Below, in pieces: positions 13,466 to 27,488 of a stretch of 64,000 bases of DNA (its first letter is position 1; each line of letters begins with the position of its first letter). The translations under genes and the position numbers were made by a program. Where the stretch lies: the NCBI RefSeq assembly GCF_964204645.1, contig NC_134025.1, positions 22,672,299 to 22,736,298 of the forward strand, read 5' to 3'. Below the pieces are notes generated by a model. It saw only the letters and a program-made list of their open reading frames with translations, was not told where the DNA came from and did no database searches. Source of the DNA: Tubulanus polymorphus (Eukaryota; Animalia; Nemertea).

Positions 13466-14166
13466 TAACGATATCAGCATGTAAAGTGTTGAAGTTGGTT
13501 AAGAGGGCTTTGATTTAAGTTATGCTTGAAGATTTTGCAATTTATACCTCCATTAAGTGGTCATTTTCTTTTTGGTATAAAAATATGGTATAAACATACT
13601 TGATCAAGGTTACATTTTTAATTCAGAAAATAAATCAAGGTTTTTTGAATATATGACATGAAAATAAATTGAAATTTTGATAAGTTTAACAATCTTTTTT
13701 TCCGGTAGATTCAGTCATTATGATATTTGATTTATGAGTATTTGATTTAAAGAAAATCATGCCGAACAATTTATACGTGTAATTTGTGCATTTTAAATTC
13801 ATTGAAATTTATTTTTACATATACTGGGTATCTATTGTGAGAATAACAACAGCTCATCATAAAATGTACACATGTAAATTATGAATAAAAATTGTATAGC
13901 TATCTTCTGAAATGGCGAGGTTTTGTTTAAATGTTAATTTAAAGGGATTTTGTAAGAGGATAGTATTTGAGATTGCTAGATGACCAGTGTTGAAAACTAC
14001 ATGTATAATAGTCTGAAAACCAGATGATGTACAGGTCCCCTGGGGAACAACGGCTAGATACTAGTCTACGTGTACAACTATTCATCAATCTTACAACAAT
14101 TTTATTTAAAAAAAGAAAAAACAATCTATAAAACTTGATTTGCAGATGATGTAAATGCTGTTCATT

Positions 14167-14590
14167 CTACTCCGAATCAATTCCCCAACATCTCTTGTCG
14201 TAAAGCCTCACTGAATTCTTGCTGTCTAAGTATTCTCCGACTTTGTAGTAACCTGTAACAAAAAACCAATCCGTTGAAAATAAGGAGATAAATCATGGTG
14301 CCATTACATGAGGATTTCTATTTAGTTTGACATTCTGGCAAAATATTTACCTGCCAATATATTCGGATGTTCTTTGGAGAGTTGATATCTGTACGCTGTA
14401 ATTAGAAAGAGATGATAGATTGAGTTTGTGACCGAAGTTGCTGTTGTCTCGCACTCTGGGATTTCTTACCTTGTGAATGGTTCATTTTTCGCCAGTAATA
14501 ATAAGCAACGCATAATGCAGCAAATTCGACGACCAGGACTCCTTTTCCGATGTTCACCAACAAATTCGATTTCCTCGGTTGTTTTCTCAT
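14167..14590 (-). CDS. CEBPZOS: CEBPZOS-like small single-TM mitochondrial protein
   Basis: Three exons give MRKQPRKSNLLVNIGKGVLVVEFAALCVAYYYWRKMNHSQ-AYRYQLSKEHPNILA-GYYKVGEYLDSKNSVRLYDKRCWGIDSE*. This matches the human CEBPZOS pattern KGVLVAE..M..SQ..P.IL..YYK..R..D...W. Confidence 0.82.
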
Positions 14591-14909
14591 GATGATGGTA
14601 CGAAGCCAGCTATGGTAGGTGAGGTAAAAACCCGGAAGTGATAAGCGAAACTACGGAAAAATACGAATAGTTTACGATTTCTTCGCGTAACTAGTGAAAC
14701 AACACGCTTGAAACAAGTGTCTTAGAAATGCTTATGATATGCTGAGTGATTTACTACCTTCGCTAGCCCAAAATAAACTATTTGCGCGAATAAACACAGG
14801 AAAATTGAACGCTTCCTAACCCGGAAGTAGATATGTCCGGGTCGTAGTCCGTGAAACGTCAACACGTTTGTCAATCATCATCAGCACCATTAAACTCTAA
14901 TTAGATGAT
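14591..14909. promoter_or_regulatory. Bidirectional promoter CEBPZOS/SLC30A6
   Basis: Start codons are 320 bp apart, head-to-head. Two CCGGAAGT ETS/GABP motifs (14632, 14821). Confidence 0.65.
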
Positions 14910-17900
14910 ATGAACCATTATTCAGACCCTAACGGTTTGATGTCCAAACCGTCTAGAATGGAACCGAATGGGAACATTGGTGTCGGGCGTCCTAACCATC
15001 ACAGCCATAATCACAGTGGAGCTGGTGGTAAGGACTCTGCCGTGTTATCAGTTTTCAATTCAATTAATTAAATTGATCATATGTTATGAAAAATTAAAAC
15101 ATAATTGATAAATTGGGCTTATTGTTTAGCCTTTGTGAAAGTACACAATGGTTACACTATACAGGCAAAAATCACAATGTAGGCAGAATTTTTACACTGT
15201 TGTCGTCCCTGTCCACCCCCAATTTTTAATGCCCTTGAGTACACAGGCGATAGTAATGGAAAACATGTTAGAAACACGAGAACCATACTTAACTTACTAC
15301 TAAATTTGACACTGAAAATTCCCATTTAGTTAATTTCTAATCGTATGTCTTCAATTTCATTCCTTTTTCCAGATGTGCGAATGAGAATATCATCGTCTGT
15401 TGACAGTCAGCCTTCACAGGTAAAGTTATTCTTGCTCCAGATTGAAGGAATTTTATGATTCAAATGCGGGAAAATGCATCAACGAGCATCTACCAGTACT
15501 TTGATAAAGAGTTTTTGGGGGGAAGGCCCTGCACCAGTCTTGGCTTATGACACCTTTTGAAAAAACTTCCACTAATCCTCTGGTCTTGCTAATTCCAAAT
15601 TGCTTCCACCAGTCCAGTTACCAACCCATTATTGTAGAACTGGGCCTTCAAAATGATGATTGTTCTCTTTTAAAGATTTGACCTTTTTTCCAGGGTGTGA
15701 TATATCCATTTCCAAATACATCGAGATCAATGGTTAAAAGATTTCAAAATGAGCTGTCGCAAGTCCTTCGTGAGAGACAGGTTGGTTAGACCCAAGTTTG
15801 AACATTTTATTCAGTACAACAAAATGGAGCAGGTTTTTATTGAACTAGGGCTAAAGTGAAATGATGCCTTGTTTCTCCTAATCGGCCGGGTCACTTTGGT
15901 GAACTGCATTAAAATTTTTAATCAGTTCATTTCTATAACTGCCGGGTCTGTTATTGTTAGCTTGATCATGATTTTTCAGGTCAGCGGAAATGAGAAAAAA
16001 GGTATCACTTTCACTGAGTTCACTTATTCTCATTTCCTGGAAATCTGTCTCATATTTTGCATTAATTATGAATCATGTGTATTTTATTTCAGGGAAAATT
16101 TATTTTCATGCTTCTGATTTTTAATGCCATCGTTACATCTACGCTTCTGGTTTGGAGTCATTCTACGGAAAGTATGGGTAAGAACATAAAATCACTGTAT
16201 TCTTCTCTTTTTAACCTTTGATTATTTTTTCGATGACTACTCCAAGATTTATCATAACACAATGCATTTCAATATTTCAGGTTTAGCTGCGTATACGTAT
16301 ATAACTATTTTTGATATATTTGCGTAAGTATGTCTCATATTTCGAATGAAACAAACGCAAAAAATTGCATTGTCGAATAGTGATGAATTTGTGATGCAGT
16401 ATGATTTTGATTTTAGATTACTCACTAGCCTTCTGACAATCTGGGTACAACAAAAATCCATGATGAAAAATACAGTATTTTCGTTTGGGTAAGAGAATTT
16501 GATCGCAATTGTTTTACTAATTGTGTACATTTTATTTCAACTTCGTTATCGTAATTTTCAGGTATGAAAGATTCGAGGTGTTAGCCGTATTTTCTTCCAC
16601 TATGCTCGCGCAACTGGGAGCCTTATTCGTTGTAAAAGAATGGTAAGGACGATTGATATGGCTATTTCAATTTTCAACATGATGTTTTCAAAACATCCTC
16701 GAAAATTAACTCGCTCTTGGTTCTTTCTTTCAACAGCGTTGAACGAATAATACAGCAGCCAGATATTCACACGTGAGTATTCAACCCTCCGTTCAATTTA
16801 TCCTGGATTTTAGGAATAGATATGAAAATAAATGATGTATTCAAAATTTGTTCTATAGTCGATGATTAGATTGCTTTCACAATAATGCCATGGAATTAGA
16901 ACAGTTACATTTAACCCTTTAGTGCCTAAGGATGGATATATCAGTCTCATAGTAAATCCACATAATTGCCTGGAGACTGGTAAATCTGTCTTGCTCAAGC
17001 TAGCTGGTGCTGCTATCGTCTGGTTTTGAGTCTTATTAATTCCAAATCAGGCAGTCCAGAATCTTTTGACCTGTTTCACAGAAGAAACAGACTAATATTC
17101 CTTCTGAGTAACGCTTAGGCAATGAAGCACTTCCGATGGAAAAAATGCTAGGCACCATAAGGCTAGAAAAATTTGATTTTGTACATTATGCGTTTGTTTT
17201 GTAGAGGCCGACTACTGCCTGGTACTTGTCTCGCGTTTGTAGCACATTTGATCATTACGTATAGCATAAAAAATCGTGCATTTAATCACGTCATTGATGC
17301 TTCGAGTTCGAGTTGGCTTCAGGAACACGTCGCTGATATGAGCGAAAGGTAAAGGAGAGAACGATTTTATTTTAAAAAAATGGGAAATCTTCCTAATTAA
17401 GACAACACTGGTAGTATTTAACTTTAATGCTAACATTACGATCTTCTATTCTTTCCACAGTTTATGTCATTACATTCCTGGACTGAGTAAATTACTGTTA
17501 CCCCGAATCAATCCATTTGCACTGGTAGGATTCTCAGCCGGTCTGGCCTTGGTTTTAGCACATTTTGTCATCGATGTTTAGTGAGTACATTTTGTGATTA
17601 TAGATTACTGAAATCACTTATAAATGTCTAGTGCTATTGTTTTGACTAATGTATAATAATATATTTCAGTAACTATCATTTGGCTGATAGTGTAGCTGCT
17701 CTGTCGATCGCTATAATGACTTGTGGTACTATGTTCCCGATGGCTTCTTACAGTGGTAAAATACTTCTACAGGTAAGTTCAATGTGTACCTTGAAATGGA
17801 TATTGAATGGTTGATTCAACTTGAAATATGCTCTATTTATGGCCATTTCTAGCTGCAGTGCTAATTTTATGTAAATATTAAAAACGGTAAGTTTCATTTG

Positions 17901-18794
17901 CTCTACATATTGCTGGGCTAGAAATGTATTCGATCCTTTGGGCCCTAGTCTTAAGTTTGAAAACCTCTAATTTCGACTCTTTCCCATTACTGTAGACAAC
18001 TCCTTCACACATGATTGGACAGCTGGATAAATGTCTGAGAGAAGCCTCAACTTTAGACGGTGTCTTAGAATTCAGACACGAACATTTTTGGACGCTGTCT
18101 TTCGGCAAATTGGTACGATTCGTCGATTTACGTATTCATCTTAGAAAATATCTGATTATTGAAAGCTCACATTCAAAATAAAAAACATCATGAATCGTTT
18201 CTTACTACTTTTTAGGCTGGTTCGCTTCACGTAAGGATACGCAGAGATGCGAATGAACAAATGGTGCTCGCTCACGTAACGAATCGCCTTTCGACGCTCG
18301 TTTCGAATTTGACGATACAGATATTCAAAGACGACTGGGCGACGCGAGCTTCGGTTTATCAGTTACTGGGCAACGCTCCGAAATATGGAACCGGCATCGG
18401 CACGTCGTCTCCGCCGCGGAAGCTTCCATCACCGTCTAGTTTCAACGACAATATACCGCTGTCCGCGTATCGAGCAGCGCCCGTTATTCCTAGTTTAACA
18501 CCATTTAGTAGCCCCGTTAGCGGAACTTCTAATACGCATGGTCAAACGACCAATGCTTTTACTTCGCCATCGTTTAACGCGAGGACAGTACCGAACAGCT
18601 CTACGAATCTTGGAGCATCGAATTTTAGCTCGTCGTTTTCCAGTCCATCTCCACGCCCGTTACAACAACAAAAACCGGTTATTTCGTACGCTTTGCCGCC
18701 GCTGACGAATTCAACGGCTCCGCGAACTGCCATTCCGTATAACAGTCATATATCGCTAGGACTAAAAAACCAACACACGCATCATCAACACTGA
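14910..18794 (+). CDS. SLC30A6: Zinc transporter 6 (ZnT6)
   Basis: Multi-exon gene: YITIFD; YERFEVLAVFSSTMLAQLGALF; SSSWLQEHVADM; MTCGTMFPMASYSGKILLQTTPSHMIGQLDK; EHFWTLSFG; HVRIRRDANEQMVLAHVTNRL..QIFKDDW. These are nearly identical to human ZnT6. The first exons are less certain. Confidence 0.93.
16915..17163. mobile_element. Degenerate piggyBac-like MITE
   Basis: TTAA-CCCTTTAGTGCCTA...TAGGCACCATAAGG imperfect inverted ends. Confidence 0.4.
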
Positions 18795-19786
18795 ACAAGG
18801 TTTGTTATTTGGATTTATAGATAATCGGAATTCGTTTTGTGTAAAAATGATCGCACGCTTGAATGGTGCAAGATAAGAGGAGTACAGGCAGCATCACGAA
18901 TAGTGCAATGAATTTTGGAATTTGCTAAGAATTATCCAACGGGTACCAGTTCTTACCGCTGCCATTTTACTATCGATTCTCTTCTTTCGTTCAAAATGAT
19001 CACTTGAATTGTTTTGGTGCAGTTTCGAATTTTGCACTTGTAATGAAGATGGTATTTCTGTTTGTATTTTGTAAATCATGTTAACCAATAAAAAATTAAA
19101 AATCCAGATTTCACTTTTTGATTTTTGGCATTTTGGTCTTGCTTAGATGTAGTCACAAAATTAATGAAATCATTTCAAGTTTTTGAAGAAAAAATATTTA
19201 AGTCTGGATGAAACGTCAATCAATTTTTATCGTTACCAGAAGTAAATTCCTTTTCGAATCCGAAGTCCGGAACCGTGAAATAATTCTTTCTACTCCGAGT
19301 CCAATTACGCGTTTTATTCTCGCTGTAGCTATGGCTGCCGTGTAAACAATTTTCAGAAATATTTGCACTTAAATAATCGTCCTTTCTACAAAATTCCACC
19401 ACTGCGACTTAAAGGTTGTTCAAACGTATATAGGAATGTATATTTCATAATGTGACTTTTTGTAATAGGCCTACGTTTTCGATAATGATCTCCAGGGTCC
19501 AGTTTTAAGTTTCATAAAACAGTTTTTACCTTCTTTTTTCTTTCTTCTTCCATTCCACAAGTTCAACCCTTTCATTGCTAATAAATTGACACCCGAAAGT
19601 GTTAGAGATAATAAGATAATAAGAAATATTTTGACAAATACTGCCCCAATGTTTCGAATGATGGGTATACCGTTACTTAGTTATAGTGTGTCTACACCGC
19701 TATCCTACGGCAACCATAAATGATGCGCATCAAGCTTTACTAACAACTGTAAATCTCTTTTCTCTAGGTGTGAGATAATTTGAAAG

Positions 19787-20959
19787 ATGGCTGAAGTACA
19801 TGTAATTGGTCAGATTGAAGGAGCTAGTGGCTTCCCTGATCATAGCTTGTTCTGCAAATGGGGAATACACACTGGTATGTTTTATGTCATAGTAGGTCTA
19901 AAGCTGAAAGGCTACATACTCTGTAAAAAAATAAAGCCTGATGAGTGGGCGGCTATGACTGGTTGCCTTGTTTCACTAGTCTTTATTGCTAGGTACCATT
20001 TAACATTAGTTCTAGGGGGATTTGATAATGAATCATTCTAAAGGAGTTGAGTTGGAAATTGTAAAGGCTATAGGCTATTCACATGAAGATCATAATGAGT
20101 GACCTGGAACAAATAGGTCAAGTTTAAGGATTTAAGAATTTTTTTTTCAAAAATCACATTCTATTTGTAGGTGGTGCCTGGAAAGTGTTGTCTGGTCTAA
20201 ATGAGGGCCAAACTCAGGTTGACAATCCACAGTCTGAAGAACGAGCCCACTGGTGTCATCCCATTGATTTACATTTTGCTACAAAAGGTCTTCAAGGTGG
20301 GTTATTTGGTCCTGAAAGGACACAGAAAGAATTTGCCAGCATTATTCTATCAACACTTCCAAAAATGAACCGGGGAACTCTACAGAAAATCTGCTTAAAA
20401 TAGACAAATGAATTTAGAATTTTATATTAGGCCTATGTGTTATCTTAAGTTATCTTAATTCATCTTATCTTTTATCTTTATATTTAATTTTTATTAGGCC
20501 TATTATCTAGAAATTATAATAATAGCTAGGTTAACTGGGTTTACTCTTTATTTATACTTGTTTTTTCTTTTAATCTAATTCGATATGACTAGAGCTGTTC
20601 CCTGCTATTGGGCCTATTTGAGTAAATGAATTTCTTTTATTCTAGGCTGGCCAAAAATACACTTTCAAGTGTGGCATCAGGATAAATTCGGACGGAATGA
20701 ATTGTACGGATACGGCTTTTGTCACTTACCCTCATCGCCGGGAACTCATCTTATAGACTGTCCCACGTGGCGTCCGGTCGGTACATTTCGTGAACAGGTG
20801 TCTCAACAGTTTCTCGGCGGCGGACCTCAGTTACGCAATCCGGATTTGATATACAGCGGCGCGTATCGTTACAAACTGCATACATTAGCTATGGGACACG
20901 TACATTTACACGTGAATATCATATTGAGGAACTTCGAGAAGTTCGGAATCGAATGCTAG
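19787..20959 (+). CDS. B9D2: B9 domain-containing protein 2 (ciliary transition zone)
   Basis: Exons 19787-19874, 20171-20296 and 20646-20959. [24 protein letters not shown]; EGQTQVD; [19 protein letters not shown]; [19 protein letters not shown]. Confidence 0.95.
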
Positions 20960-21798
20960 TTGATATCGCTCGGCGAATGAGAGTTCAGTATTTTATACAG
21001 AAAGATTCGTATGTGGGATGTAGCACTGAATGATAGTACTCGTTTGTGTCTGCAACAATCTCAAATTGAACAGTGCCTGTCCTCCCATGTTGAGTGGATG
21101 AGTTGCCTGAATTTGTTTTCATGCCAAAAGGAAAACAATTGTTTCGAAATATTTTAAAGTTTTATATTATTAGTAATATACGTGTACCGTGAAATATTGA
21201 AGTTAGTAATGGTAGGGTTATATGAAAATGTATGAATGTGAATCTAATTTGTTCATCTTTCTTGTACCTGGTTTATATGGTAATACATTTATACCTAAAT
21301 TTTCATCTGCCAATTTATATATCATTCTTATTGATCTTAGTTGAGAATCCTGGCTTCGCATCATCATTAGTTTGCTCAACTTCTCATCTTGAAGAGTCCA
21401 TTCAGACTTGATGCAGTTTATCACGCTGCCATCGCTTCTTAGCACTAGCTCATCAGCTTTCAAGATTTGTTGACCAAGCAAGCGGAACAGAATAGGCATC
21501 TGACCCAAGGATTCTATCAAATTCTCCATGAATGATAAAATGTCCAGGCAGTGAATAAGACATATTGGTAATAATTACATTAAATCCGGGATGTTCAAAG
21601 CAAAGATATCAGTTATTATCTTTCAGACCTACAGCATAAAAAGACACAATAACAACCTCGTTTATTATTGAAGATTTTTTTAATCTGAAAATGAAAATTT
21701 AACTTAATCGTACTTAATTGGCACATATACATACACGCATCGAAAAACATAACATGAAGAATACTGAAAGAAAATGCTTGAAACTATACACAACTCGG

Positions 21799-24700
21799 CT
21801 ATACGTGATTTAAATGGTCGGGATGGGTGAATTTCACAGTCACGATATAAAAGAACGATGGAACGACTACGAAACAAACTAGCCACATATTTTGCAGTTC
21901 CGTAATGGCGTAAATTCCATAAGCATGTAAAATCCAGTGTCCGAACACGATTACGCATTGTCTCGGCTTCGTGAATGCTTCCTTTATTAAGTCTTTGGTG
22001 TTCTGAAAAAAAAGAAAGAAATGATTTCTTATTTCGTTTTCAAAATGATAGTCTCAAGAGTAGACACACATTGAAATCGATGATATATCTAGCAAAGTTA
22101 AACGTACGTACCTGCTTTTGAAAATCCATGTATGCAAAGTGAAGGGCACATGTAGCGACAGACACCACTATTGTTATATGTGGAAATGCGTAATCTGAAA
22201 AATAATGAGTAACAATTTAATTATCATCATCAACTTCAGCAGCAAACTCATAAATAAGTATCGATTATACTTACAAAGTAATCCTCCAAATATCGCTTGA
22301 ACAACTGTCAAAATTGGAAAGAAATACATGGCTGCGTATATAGACTTAGTTCCCAGGTTATTAGCTACTTTCCAGGATAATACAGGTCTCACTATCAACA
22401 TTAAAACCAGGCAAATAGCGTAGTATATCATCACCATTGTATATCTGAAAAGCGCACAGAATCAGAACATGAATTTGTTGCAAACAATCATTAACACGAA
22501 AAATTAGTTCCAAGAAGCTGTTCGAACCCAGGTGTAGTCAGACAGGAACGAGCTTTTGGCTCTCCAGTGAGTGAGTAATGGTGTTCTGTATCTCACAAAA
22601 TCTTCTTGATTAATTAACATTACCCAGTTTGTCAGGTTACAGTATGTAATATGTGCATTGTATCAAAATGTTCTACAGATGTGGGGGAGATAGAGAATAC
22701 GGCACTTATGATTGATAAATTATAGTGGAACCTCGTTATTACGAATCTTGTGTGCAAAAGTGAAATGGTTGTATTAAATGGATTTCGTATTATCCAAATC
22801 TTGATTGATATACCAGTAAATATCTAATAGCTCGGACATGGTGGAAACCATCGTACTAAACAGGTTTCATCTTAAACAGAATCGTATGAACAAGGTCCAA
22901 CTGCATATTTTTATGCATACATTTTTTCCTGTCCGACGTAGGTTCTTGGGAATAAAGTTAACCGCGGGGCTACAGCGATCGTACTACGCGTACTTACAAG
23001 GGGTAAACAATCTCTTGCGTGCAGTGTATAGTATGAATATAATCCGGGCTAGGATTATACAGCATCGTGTACCAATCGGAGAGTTTCTGCACTCCGCAGC
23101 TGTTGATTCTCCATTCGCCGATCGGTTCGACGATCAACACCGTGATGACGCAACTGAATAAACTTTCAACGGCAGCCGACGCGTGTAGAATTATCAACTT
23201 TTTGCTGTAAATAAAAAAATGAAAATCCCTTCGGTAATCATGCACGCTTAATCCAGATCAGTTTTATCAGGATATCACCCCATTAATGCTTCACTGGATA
23301 GGTCGGTGCTATTATATGAAAAATAATTATTCGAATTAATCCAGTAAAGATTAATAGGCCTATCACCTACAGTAGAAGTCATTAAATTCGGAACTGCCAA
23401 GATTCCTCCGAATCTATTACGGTAAGTAAAATGCGAACTACGAATAATAGTTTACATGGTTCCAGGTTAAATGGACCAAATATTTCATCCGAATTTAGTG
23501 AAAATCCAAATTAAGCGAGTTCTATTGTATTTCAAAGACAATTTCAGGGTTAAACAAGGAAGACAATGTGTCCAATCTACAACTGTCTTCAATCGTGAAC
23601 TAGATCTATGATGATATCTGATGGGAATGACTGACTTTACTGATTGGTCTGCAAAAGTAACTTACTCTTTCTTCTTGTTGGTAAAATCTATGAAAAACCA
23701 GTGCAACACCATTGCAGCGATGACGTGGAAGCCCAAATATAGCCAGTCGTAAAAACTAGGTTCTCCATCGCAAGGCTTGCAAATACTGAACTCATTCGGT
23801 CTTGATCCTCGAGCGCAGGCCTGTGTAAATAATCATTTTATTAATTAATACGCTACATTAGTGGTGGGAATCACCAAGTTAAAAAGAACAGATTTGAGTT
23901 AAAAAGAACAGATTTGATTTCAGGTCAGTCTCTGCAACTGTAACTTGACCAGATGGACAAATTCTGCTCGTCTTCCACAAACCTCATGAATCCATAAATT
24001 ATGATATTAGAATGACTTTTATATCTGGTGTTTCATATATTTTTCATTAATAATTGATTTTAAAATCTTCAGTTAATGCTCTACTGCTCTACTCTTACCC
24101 CGCAATCGCTAGTATTTCCATCTTGCAATACTGTGCGTCCGCAATACAATCCGGGACAGATAGAATCTATTGAACCTAAAACAAACCAAATCTATAAATC
24201 AAAAACTGACAAATGGAAAATGTAAGATTGGGAATGAATTAGGTTTCTGCATAGAACTATAAGCAAATGGGAAGGCCGACTCCTCAAAAATCCGCTAGGC
24301 ACCGCTAGTAATCTTGTGTTTTATTCAGCGCCCTCACCGGTGGCGATAAACAATAGATTTTGTAGACTGGTTGATGGTCTCTATTCTTAATTTAGCATTT
24401 TTCATTGATTTGTTTAATTCTTAATACCAAATCTTGAAAAACGGTAATGTTCAATGCTCGCAGTGATTAATATACTTGAAAATATTTCCAAGAACCGATT
24501 GTTTATCGCGTGAGGGTGCTGATCAATTTCGAAGATAGCAAAGGCAAATGTATAGTGACGTCACGGAGTTGGCCTTCCCTTTCGATTATATAGTTCTATG
24601 GTTTCGGTAATGCAGCAATGGAATGGTGTCCTTTGTTGACGGAAATGCATTCCATTTGTGGATAGTTATACAAAGATAGACTAATGTCAATTACAACTTG

Positions 24701-26299
24701 ACTTGAGAGGACATCAACCTGAACATATAACGTGTACTGACCAAATACAGGGTAGAGATTCGATGTGAACTGTCAATTTATATTATAGGGTTTCTTTCTG
24801 CAATCACAGGGACTTGTCACAATTGATAGTGAATGAATAAAACCAATATCAATGACCAGGTCCACTATCCCTGTATAATATAAAAAACAAGGGCGGCAAC
24901 AAATTGTCAATCTGACAATGACTTCTCCACTTCAATCGACTGTAATTCCAAAAATTCTCAACCGATTCACATGAAATAAGCTTTAATACAACCTAGAAGA
25001 CTTTCTGCTTCCAACGAGCCTTTAACCACCACTCTAGGACAATTATCTCACAACGAAATCACCGACGAGAGATAGCTCAAATTGGAGGTGTACCGATTCT
25101 ATGGTGGACAGCAAAATGGTCGTATTTTTCACTTCAAACGATGATTTCTATGTGAAATCTTAGAGATAACCCCAACAAACCATACATTTTTTTAAACTAC
25201 GCGGTCATACCTGTACGCTTATCTCATTTATTTGTATAATCCACGCGATGGGTGAGCTCACAAGCTCAAAATCGAACAAATATACGAAAAAGTCACCTCG
25301 CACTATCGCGCTGACGGCCATTAATCACGTGACGTGCATAGGTTCGGGCTATGTTAATAGAACCGCGACAAGTCTACGTCTGTAGACTTGAAAAAAGGAA
25401 ATATTTACTAATAATACCACCCCTCAGACGAATGTTGCACTATATTTTCATAATACGGATATTTTACTAATTAATAGAACTTTTAATAAGTTTTGTAATG
25501 TTTTCGAAATCTCTAAGCCAATCAGTGCGCGTGAAATATTTAGCCCGTTACTACGATATCACGTGATTAATGGCCGCCCAGTTGATGACAAGTTGAACGC
25601 GGTGTTCGTCCTCATTTTCGATTTTGAGCTTGTGAGCTCACCCATCGCGTGGATTATACAAATAAATGAAATAAGCGTACAGGTATGACCACGTAGTTTT
25701 AAAAAATGTATGGTTTGTTGGGGTTTTCTCTAAGATTTCACATAGAAATCATCGTTTGAAGTGAAAAAAAACGACAATTTTGCTGTCCACCATAGAATCG
25801 GTAGACCTCCATTTTGAGCTATCTCTCGTCAAAAAAAGGTGATTTCGTTGGGAGATAATTGTCCTAGAGTGGTGGTTGAAGGCTCGTTCGAAGCAGAAAG
25901 TCTTCTAGGTTGTATTAAAGCTTATTTCATGTGAATCGGTTGAGAATTTTTGGAATTACAGTCGATTGAAGTGGAGAAGTCATTGTCAGATTGAAAATTT
26001 GTTGCCACCCTTGTTATTTTATTATACAGTAGCAGGGATACTGGTACCCCCATCATTGGTCTCATCCATTATCAATCGTGACAAGTCCCTGTGTCTGCAA
26101 TTAGCACGATTGTTTTGGGGGAAAGGCCTGAGATTTAATTTGGTCTAAAAACTTTAGCTCTGCTCGTATTGCTTATCCTACCGTTTATTTGTTGTGATGG
26201 CCAGTCTGCATTTACTGCCGACAAAGCTATAAACACTACAGACATGAAAATAAGTCCATTTCCCATTCTGAAAGTAATTTTTGGTATTCGGATTGACAT
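21799..26299 (-). CDS. JKAMP: JNK1/MAPK8-associated membrane protein
   Basis: Exons give a signal-like N-terminus, CPGLYCGR..CG-ACARG, YDWLYLGF, LSDWYTMLYNPSPDY..HCTQEIVYPLY, KSIYAAMYFFPILTV, YYAFPYI and HWILHAYGI. The start codon could be 26299 or 26266. Confidence 0.93.
22723..22905. mobile_element. Tc1/mariner-like MITE (related copies ~46180-46348 and ~52258-52426)
   Basis: TA(C/T)AGTGGAACCTC...AACTG(C/T)A ends. Shared internal AAAGTGAAATGGT.GTATTAA..TTTCGTATTATCC. Confidence 0.55.
24250..24600. mobile_element. P-element-like MITE
   Basis: CATAGAACTATA..GGGAAGGCCGACTCC / GGAGTTGGCCTTCCC..TATAGTTCTATG inverted ends, with a near-TSD GTTTCTG/GTTTCGG. Confidence 0.65.
24805..26093. mobile_element. 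P/hAT-type MITE with 8-bp TSD, carrying a nested foldback element
   Basis: TIR CACAGGGACTTGTCAC, with the perfect TSD TCTGCAAT at 24797-24804 and 26094-26101. Confidence 0.85.
24888..26013. mobile_element. Long-TIR (foldback) non-autonomous element
   Basis: Arms of about 390-445 bp (24888-~25332 and ~25559-26013) are reverse complements with scattered mismatches. Non-coding spacer. Confidence 0.85.
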
Positions 26300-27488
26300 T
26301 TCCGAGGTTATGGTTAAATCGTTTAGTCGAAAGAACGGTTCGGTGCAGTATAAAACATGGACATCGGACTCAGGAAAAAAACTCGGACACAGATATTGGA
26401 CTTTGATCGGGATCACCGGATCGGATCCGCATTATATCGATCGATTTCGTAATTGACGTAATTGAAATATGACTATGGGCATAATTGAAACATACAGTGT
26501 AAAAAATGGAATTACAGTGTAACTTGGGTGAGCCATCTATCAAATCCGCTGGTCCTTCCCGGTGCGGGCCCTCGGGACGAGGTCGTTTTCCATAGTGTAC
26601 CGATCATTCGAATGCGTTTACGGATTACGAAACCATTAACGAATCTGCATACAGACTCATTCGATTGAACCAAAACAGTGTTGATATTTTACGGCTGGGC
26701 GCTGTTTGGTGAATAAAACGTTGTGAGTATCTACCCGCTTACAATAAAAATCCTGGCTATAAGAAAATCCATATTCAAAATGACCGTACGACCAACACTA
26801 TCGAAAACTATATAAAATGTCCATAAACCTATACAAATCAAATAGAAACCCGTAAGAAAAAAAAGAATGTTAAAATGGGGGGCGAAGGCTAGTTACTACT
26901 ACGCACTACTACTGAACGTTAGCACATGGTCCGCTGCGCTAACCGGGGTCTGTTCAGTTGGTGACTCGAAGAGCTAATACCTGATATAATTCATTGTAGC
27001 TTAAATATTAGGGTAACGCCTAAGTACATTCTTGGTCGCTCTTCTGACCTGGTAAAATTGTTTTACGCGATATCAGTTCATAATAAATTACTATACGCAA
27101 ATTCGAAATGATCAGACGCTGAGTTATATTTCTCTCTGAATTGACGTTTATAAGCTGTTAGTAGTCGAATCTGAGAGGAGATACATTTTATGAAAAAGAT
27201 CTGTCTGGAAAGTGGAAAAGAAATAATCACGAGAATTACAACACGGTTTCTGCGTAGCAGCAGAAACCCTAAAAATGATGCATTATTCATTATCATTTTC
27301 ATTTTCGTCTCTCATCTATCCAGTTGACACCTTGAAACGTTAGAATATACTTGTAAATAATCAACTCTTATCAACTTTGAAACTGAACGTTGAGTTCCAA
27401 GCTGTCCCGATCACCGACGGCCTAGTACTTGACAGCTGTCACTGCCAGACAACGTAACATAAAACTGTCTGGCACTACACCGCTCGTT

